Of a stretch of DNA of 64,000 bases, positions 59,993 through 64,000 are shown in pieces. The stretch's first letter is position 1; every line of letters begins with the position of its first letter. The DNA comes from Candidatus Binatia bacterium (GTDB lineage Bacteria > Desulfobacterota > Binatia > UBA1149 > JAJCZL01): assembly GCA_028278325.1 (NCBI GenBank), contig JANQEO010000157.1, forward strand, positions 8,533 to 72,532, written 5' to 3'. Under the pieces are notes generated by a model. That model made no database searches, was not told the origin of the DNA, and saw only the letters and a list, made by a program, of their open reading frames with translations. The position numbers were made by a program, and so were the translations under genes.

Positions 59993-60028
59993 AACCTCTT
60001 CCTTGCCTCTAGGGAAGAGGTTTTTTTT
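59993..60028 (+). terminator. Riboswitch expression-platform intrinsic terminator
   Basis: AACCTCTTCCTT / AGGGAAGAGGTT hairpin followed by a T8 tract. Confidence 0.88.
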
Positions 60029-60767
60029 GGCTCAGTTCATTACGTCGAAGCCCGCCCGCCGTGGCGGCAGTGTGCTCGTTGTCGGGCTCGGAGCCCTGGG
60101 CTGCCCGGCTGCGTCCGTACTGGCTCGTGCGGGCAACGTCGACCTCGGCCTCGTCGACCCCGACCGTGTAGAGCTGTCCAACTTGCAGCGCCAGGTGTTG
60201 TTCGGGGACGGGGATATCGGCCGGCCCAAGGCCCACGCCGCGGCCGCCGCGCTGGTGAGCAGAGGCGCCGAGCCCCGCATAGAAGCCCACGCCCTGCGCT
60301 TTGACGACGAGAACTGCCGCGAGCTCTTCGGCGGCCACGACATCGTGCTGGATTGCTGCGACGACTCCGCCACCAAATCGCTGATCAACAAGACGGCACT
60401 GGCCACCGGCACCCCCTACGTCCATGCCGGCGTGGCCCGCACCTACGGACAGCTCATGACGGTGCTCCCGGGCGTGTCGGCCTGCCTGACCTGCGCTTTC
60501 GGAAGCGGGTCGGACAGGCGCATGGAGGGCTGCTCCGAGTTGGGGATCTTGGCGCCGGTGGCGGGCCTGATCGGTTCTCTTCAAGCCTTGGAGGCCCTGC
60601 GCTACCTGAACGGCCGGCAACCGGTGCAGGCCGGGGTACTGAAAGCATACGAACTCAAACCGCGGCGCTGGCGCCGCATCCGCTTCGAGCGTGACCGGCG
60701 GTGTCCGGACTGCTGCGAATTCACGATTGGCGAGACACCCAGGAGGGTTGAACCATGCCGTTTGTAA
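60027..60767 (+). CDS. ThiF/MoeB family adenylyltransferase (E1-like), lacking the N-terminal RYxRQ helix
   Basis: GLGALG, D-D-V-x-SNLQRQ, K, D-x-x-D, CxxC, C-x-x-x-G-x-L, CPDC; TTG 60027 after GGAAGAGG (start inferred). Confidence 0.88.
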   Translation: MAQFITSKPARRGGSVLVVGLGALGCPAASVLARAGNVDLGLVDPDRVELSNLQRQVLFGDGDIGRPKAHAAAAALVSRGAEPRIEAHALRFDDENCRELFGGHDIVLDCCDDSATKSLINKTALATGTPYVHAGVARTYGQLMTVLPGVSACLTCAFGSGSDRRMEGCSELGILAPVAGLIGSLQALEALRYLNGRQPVQAGVLKAYELKPRRWRRIRFERDRRCPDCCEFTIGETPRRVEPCRL

Positions 60768-62020
60768 CCGGCCTAAAATGCCGCGAGTGCGGCCAAGACT
60801 ACAAGATCGAAGCCGTTCACGTCTGCGAGTACTGCTTCGGGCCTCTCGAGGTCCAGTACGACTACGATGCGATCGCGAAATCCATGAGCAGGGAAGCCGT
60901 AGAGTCGCGCCCGCGCAACATCTGGCGCTACCGTGAACTGCTTCCGGTGAGCAAAGAGCCCACGATCGGCCTGTACTCCGGATATACGCCCCTGGTCCGA
61001 GCAGAACGACTGGCGGCCGAGCTCGGCGTCAAGGAACTCTACGTCAAAGACGACTCGGTCAATCACCCGACGTTCTCTTACAAGGACCGGGTGGTGTCGG
61101 TGGCGCTGTCCAATGCCGCCGAGTTGGGGTTCGACACCGTCGCTTGCGCGTCAACCGGCAACCTCGCGAATTCGGTGTCAGCCCACGCCGCCCGCGCCAA
61201 GTTCCGTTGCTTCGTGTTCATCCCCGACAATCTCGAGCAAGGCAAAGTGGTAGGGTCGGCGATCTACAATCCGACCCCCGTTGCAATCTCAGGCAACTAC
61301 GACGACGTCAACAGGCTGTGCACCGAGATAGCGGACAAGTACCGCTGGGCCTTCGTCAACATCAATCTGAGGCCGTTCTACACGGAAGGAGCCAAGACCT
61401 ACGGGTTCGAAGTAGCCGAGCAGTTGGGCTGGCGTCTCCCTCGCCACATCGTTGTGCCCACGGCGGGGGGCACGATTCTGCCCAAGGTCGCCAAGGGATT
61501 CGAGGAGCTCACACAGGTAGGCCTGGTCGAAGACACGCCATGGAAGATACACTGCGCTCAGGCGGCCGGGTGCGCGCCGGTCGTCACCGCGATACACCGT
61601 GAAAGCGAGCTGATAGAGCCCGTCAAACCGAACACGATCGCGAAGTCCATCGCGATCGGAAATCCCGCCGACGGCTATTACGTACTGAAGGCCGTCCGCA
61701 AGACCGGCGGCTGGGGCGAGATGGCCACAGACGAGGAGATCGTCGAGGGTATACAGCTTCTGGCCCGGACCGAGGGGATCTTCACCGAGCCGGCGGGTGG
61801 AACCACCGTTGCTGTGACAAAGAAACTCATCGAAAGTGGTCGGATACCCCGGGACGAGGCGACAGTGATAAGCATAACGGGCAACGGCTACAAGACGCTC
61901 GAGGCCGTCAAGGACAACGTGCCGGTGCCCTACCCGATTCCGGCTCGGCTCGACGCATTCGATGATCTCTATGAGTCGTTGACCGGCAAAGACGAGTCGG
62001 CCAAGGCGTCGACGGGCTGA
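60755..62020 (+). CDS. Threonine synthase-like PLP enzyme (possibly a sulfur-carrier-dependent homocysteine synthase)
   Basis: N-terminal CxxC..CxxC, PTFSYKDR (PLP Lys), ASTGN, EGAKT, TGNGYK; SAM-regulated and next to a sulfur carrier. Confidence 0.88.
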   Translation: MPFVTGLKCRECGQDYKIEAVHVCEYCFGPLEVQYDYDAIAKSMSREAVESRPRNIWRYRELLPVSKEPTIGLYSGYTPLVRAERLAAELGVKELYVKDDSVNHPTFSYKDRVVSVALSNAAELGFDTVACASTGNLANSVSAHAARAKFRCFVFIPDNLEQGKVVGSAIYNPTPVAISGNYDDVNRLCTEIADKYRWAFVNINLRPFYTEGAKTYGFEVAEQLGWRLPRHIVVPTAGGTILPKVAKGFEELTQVGLVEDTPWKIHCAQAAGCAPVVTAIHRESELIEPVKPNTIAKSIAIGNPADGYYVLKAVRKTGGWGEMATDEEIVEGIQLLARTEGIFTEPAGGTTVAVTKKLIESGRIPRDEATVISITGNGYKTLEAVKDNVPVPYPIPARLDAFDDLYESLTGKDESAKASTG

Positions 62021-62046
62021 TAGTTACAAAGGCCAGGAGGAAATAA

Positions 62047-62325
62047 ATGGCAGTCAGAGTAAGGATCCCCACCCCCTTGAGGAAGTTCACCGGCGGGCAA
62101 GAGTCGGTCAGCGTGGAAGGCAATTCCGTTGCGGCTATCATCGACAGCCTGGAGAGCGGGCATCCCGGTCTTCGCGAGCGGATCTGCGAGGACGACGGCT
62201 CCATCCGCCGCTTCGTCAACGTTTACATCAACGGAGACGACATCCGATTCCTCGACAACCTCGAGTCGGCCGTCAAGGACGGCGACGAGGTGTCGATCGT
62301 GCCGGCAATTGCGGGCGGCAGATAA
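62047..62325 (+). CDS. MoaD/CysO-type ubiquitin-like sulfur carrier protein
   Basis: AGGAGG SD; RIPTPLR, FVNVYING-DIRFL, PAIAGG followed by R-stop. Confidence 0.93.
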   Translation: MAVRVRIPTPLRKFTGGQESVSVEGNSVAAIIDSLESGHPGLRERICEDDGSIRRFVNVYINGDDIRFLDNLESAVKDGDEVSIVPAIAGGR

Positions 62326-63304
62326 AACATCCTCGACCTCACCCTCGAAGCCGGGCCCGACGTCAGGGGTCAAGCTCGAGGGTCCCGGGCGGATCACCAG
62401 CCTGATCGGTCGCACCCCCTTGGTGCGGCTGTCTCGCCTGGGCGCGGACTTGAGTCCGAACGTGAGACTCTACGCCAAGCTCGAGGGCTTCAACCCGGGA
62501 GGTTCGGTGAAAGACCGTGCCGCTTGGAACATGATCCAGCGCGGACTCGCCGACGGCAAGCTGTCGCCGGGCAAGACCATTCTGGATTCGACCTCGGGCA
62601 ACACCGGGATCGCACTTGCCATGATCGGAGCCGCGCTCGGCTATCCCGTGCACCTCGTGATGCCGGAGAACGTCTCGCGGGAACGCAAAGCCGTCATACG
62701 CGCCTACGGAGCCAACGCTACTTTCTCGAGCCCGTTGGAAGGTTCCGACGGCGCCATCCTGGAATGCCGGCGCATTTACGAGGCCGACCCCGACAAATAC
62801 TTCAAGCCGGATCAGTATTTCAACGAGGCCAACCCCGAAGCTCACTATCTGACGACCGGACCCGAGATCTGGGAGCAGACCAACGGAGAGATCACCCATT
62901 TCGTCGCCAGCATCGGAACCGGCGGCACCATCATGGGCACTGGCCGCGCCCTGAAGGAAAGAAACGCGGAGGCGCAGATCGTGGCAGTGGAGCCTGACGA
63001 CGCGTTCCACGGGATAGAGGGCCTCAAGCACATGGAGAGCTCCATCGTTCCCGGCATCTATCACGAGGAAGAGCTCGACAGGAAGATCGGTGTGAGCACC
63101 GACGACGCCTACGACATGGTATACCGTCTTGCCGCCACCGAAGGGCTCCTCAACGGTCAGTCGTGCGGCGCAGCTCTTTGCGGCGCTCTGACCGTCGCTT
63201 CGGAGCTCGACAGCGGCTGCGTAGTCACCATCTTGCCCGACTTCGGAGACCGATATCTATCGACTAACCTGTGGCTGGGCTGGCGGGATCGCCACCAACT
63301 GTGA
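62309..63304 (+). CDS. cysM: Cysteine synthase (CysM-type PLP sulfhydrylase)
   Basis: IGRTPLV, NPGGSVKDR, TSGNTG, GTGGT, D-GDRYLS; start uncertain (TTG 62309 is the nearest canonical in-frame start). Confidence 0.88.
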   Translation: MRAADKTSSTSPSKPGPTSGVKLEGPGRITSLIGRTPLVRLSRLGADLSPNVRLYAKLEGFNPGGSVKDRAAWNMIQRGLADGKLSPGKTILDSTSGNTGIALAMIGAALGYPVHLVMPENVSRERKAVIRAYGANATFSSPLEGSDGAILECRRIYEADPDKYFKPDQYFNEANPEAHYLTTGPEIWEQTNGEITHFVASIGTGGTIMGTGRALKERNAEAQIVAVEPDDAFHGIEGLKHMESSIVPGIYHEEELDRKIGVSTDDAYDMVYRLAATEGLLNGQSCGAALCGALTVASELDSGCVVTILPDFGDRYLSTNLWLGWRDRHQL

Positions 63305-63314
63305 GGGAGTGGTT

Positions 63315-63554
63315 ATGGCTGTTGAGCGTTTCTATCTGACTTACAGCGAAGACAAGATCAAGGAACCGATCATCTACCAGGTCGGCAAGAAGTTCGACGT
63401 GGTGACCAACATACGGGCGGCGTCCGTATCCGACCACATCGGCATCGTCGCGCTCGAGTTGGAAGGCGACGCAGACGAGATTCAACGAGCCGCCGCCTGG
63501 ATTGCCGAGAACGGGGTCAAGGTCGAGCCGATCGAGAAGAACGTGATCGAGTGA
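63315..63554 (+). CDS. Stand-alone NIL domain protein
   Basis: L-Y..EPII..F-V-TNI..A..G..LEL-G pattern of the NIL (MetN C-terminal) domain; GGGAG SD. Confidence 0.8.
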   Translation: MAVERFYLTYSEDKIKEPIIYQVGKKFDVVTNIRAASVSDHIGIVALELEGDADEIQRAAAWIAENGVKVEPIEKNVIE

Positions 63555-63561
63555 ACCCACC

Positions 63562-64000
63562 GTGCCCCTGTCCCCCGAAGACATCGAGAGGTTCGCACGC
63601 CAGGTCGTGATTCCCGACGTCGGTGCGGCGGGCCAGGAACGCCTCCTGGACTCCCGCGTGGCGTTGATCGGCGCGCCTGAAGGCACAAGCGTAGCCGAGG
63701 AGTATCTCCGCTGCAGCGGTGTCGGACTGGCCTCGGGTGACGACCTCCGGAGCGCAGACTGCATCCTCGTTGCAGGACTTGACCAGACGCCTGCGGCCGA
63801 GCTGGATCGGGCGTCGACGAGCGGAACGCCGATAGCCTGGTACGAACTCACCGCGACCGGCTTCAGGTGCGGTTCCCGCGCCGCCGGAGAGCAAAGCGCA
63901 CTTGGGCCCGGTGAGCGAGAGAGTTTACCCGAAGACGAGACCGGGGCGGTCCATGCGGCTGCGGCATGCGAGGCCGTGGCAACGGCTATCGCCCTCCTGC
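63562..64000 (+). CDS. Degenerate ThiF/MoeB-like protein (partial, runs off window)
   Basis: Manual translation: MPLSPEDIERFARQVVIPDVGAAGQERLLDSRVALIG..YLRCSGVG..; open to the window end; GxGxxG and SNLxRQ absent. Confidence 0.72.
   Translation, partial: MPLSPEDIERFARQVVIPDVGAAGQERLLDSRVALIGAPEGTSVAEEYLRCSGVGLASGDDLRSADCILVAGLDQTPAAELDRASTSGTPIAWYELTATGFRCGSRAAGEQSALGPGERESLPEDETGAVHAAAACEAVATAIALL

Noticed and set aside
62129-62308. Apparent N-terminal extension of cysM or carrier-CysM fusion
   Set aside because: Off-frame overlap with the sulfur carrier gene, which has its own SD and stop
60027-62325. E1 plus ubiquitin-like protein as an antiphage or protein-conjugation system
   Set aside because: No E2 or nucleotidyltransferase seen; the SAM riboswitch, cysM and thrC-like context indicates sulfur amino-acid metabolism
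1-64000. CRISPR arrays, tRNA/rRNA, IS or prophage
   Set aside because: Intergenic gaps are short, and I saw no repeat-spacer array, cloverleaf, transposase or integrase by eye; tRNAscan or Infernal would confirm

Overview
A gene-dense, GC-rich bacterial chromosome segment. Gene content and order resemble a deltaproteobacterial/Binatota-like Gram-negative lineage (inference). It is mostly core genome, with no mobile element, CRISPR, rRNA or tRNA seen. Left, minus strand: lysS-lolCE-lolD-bamA-skp-lpxA-lpxI-gnnA-like-lpxB-msbA-DUF374-waaA-lpxK-epimerase-Kdo kinase-yicC-gmk-rel-ridA, then pgi-mutL-miaA-pheA-hisC-tyrA-aroA, with an apparently frameshifted rpmB between the two blocks. Middle: a complete gspC-N type II secretion cluster (+), converging on yebC-ruvCAB-ntrY-like kinase plus a partner gene in which an NtrX-type receiver domain is fused in frame to an intact LpxC. 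This fusion is the most striking feature and a candidate phosphorylation-controlled lipid A committed step. Right: rplU-rpmA-obgE-proBA-nadD-rsfS, a LapA-TPR (LapB-like) fusion, a tandem ArsA/Get3-like ATPase pair, bamD, and a SAM-I riboswitch-controlled sulfur-carrier operon (ThiF/MoeB, thrC-like, MoaD/CysO ending GGR, cysM, NIL, and a second degenerate ThiF). The two E1-like genes look complementary, as in a heterodimeric E1.
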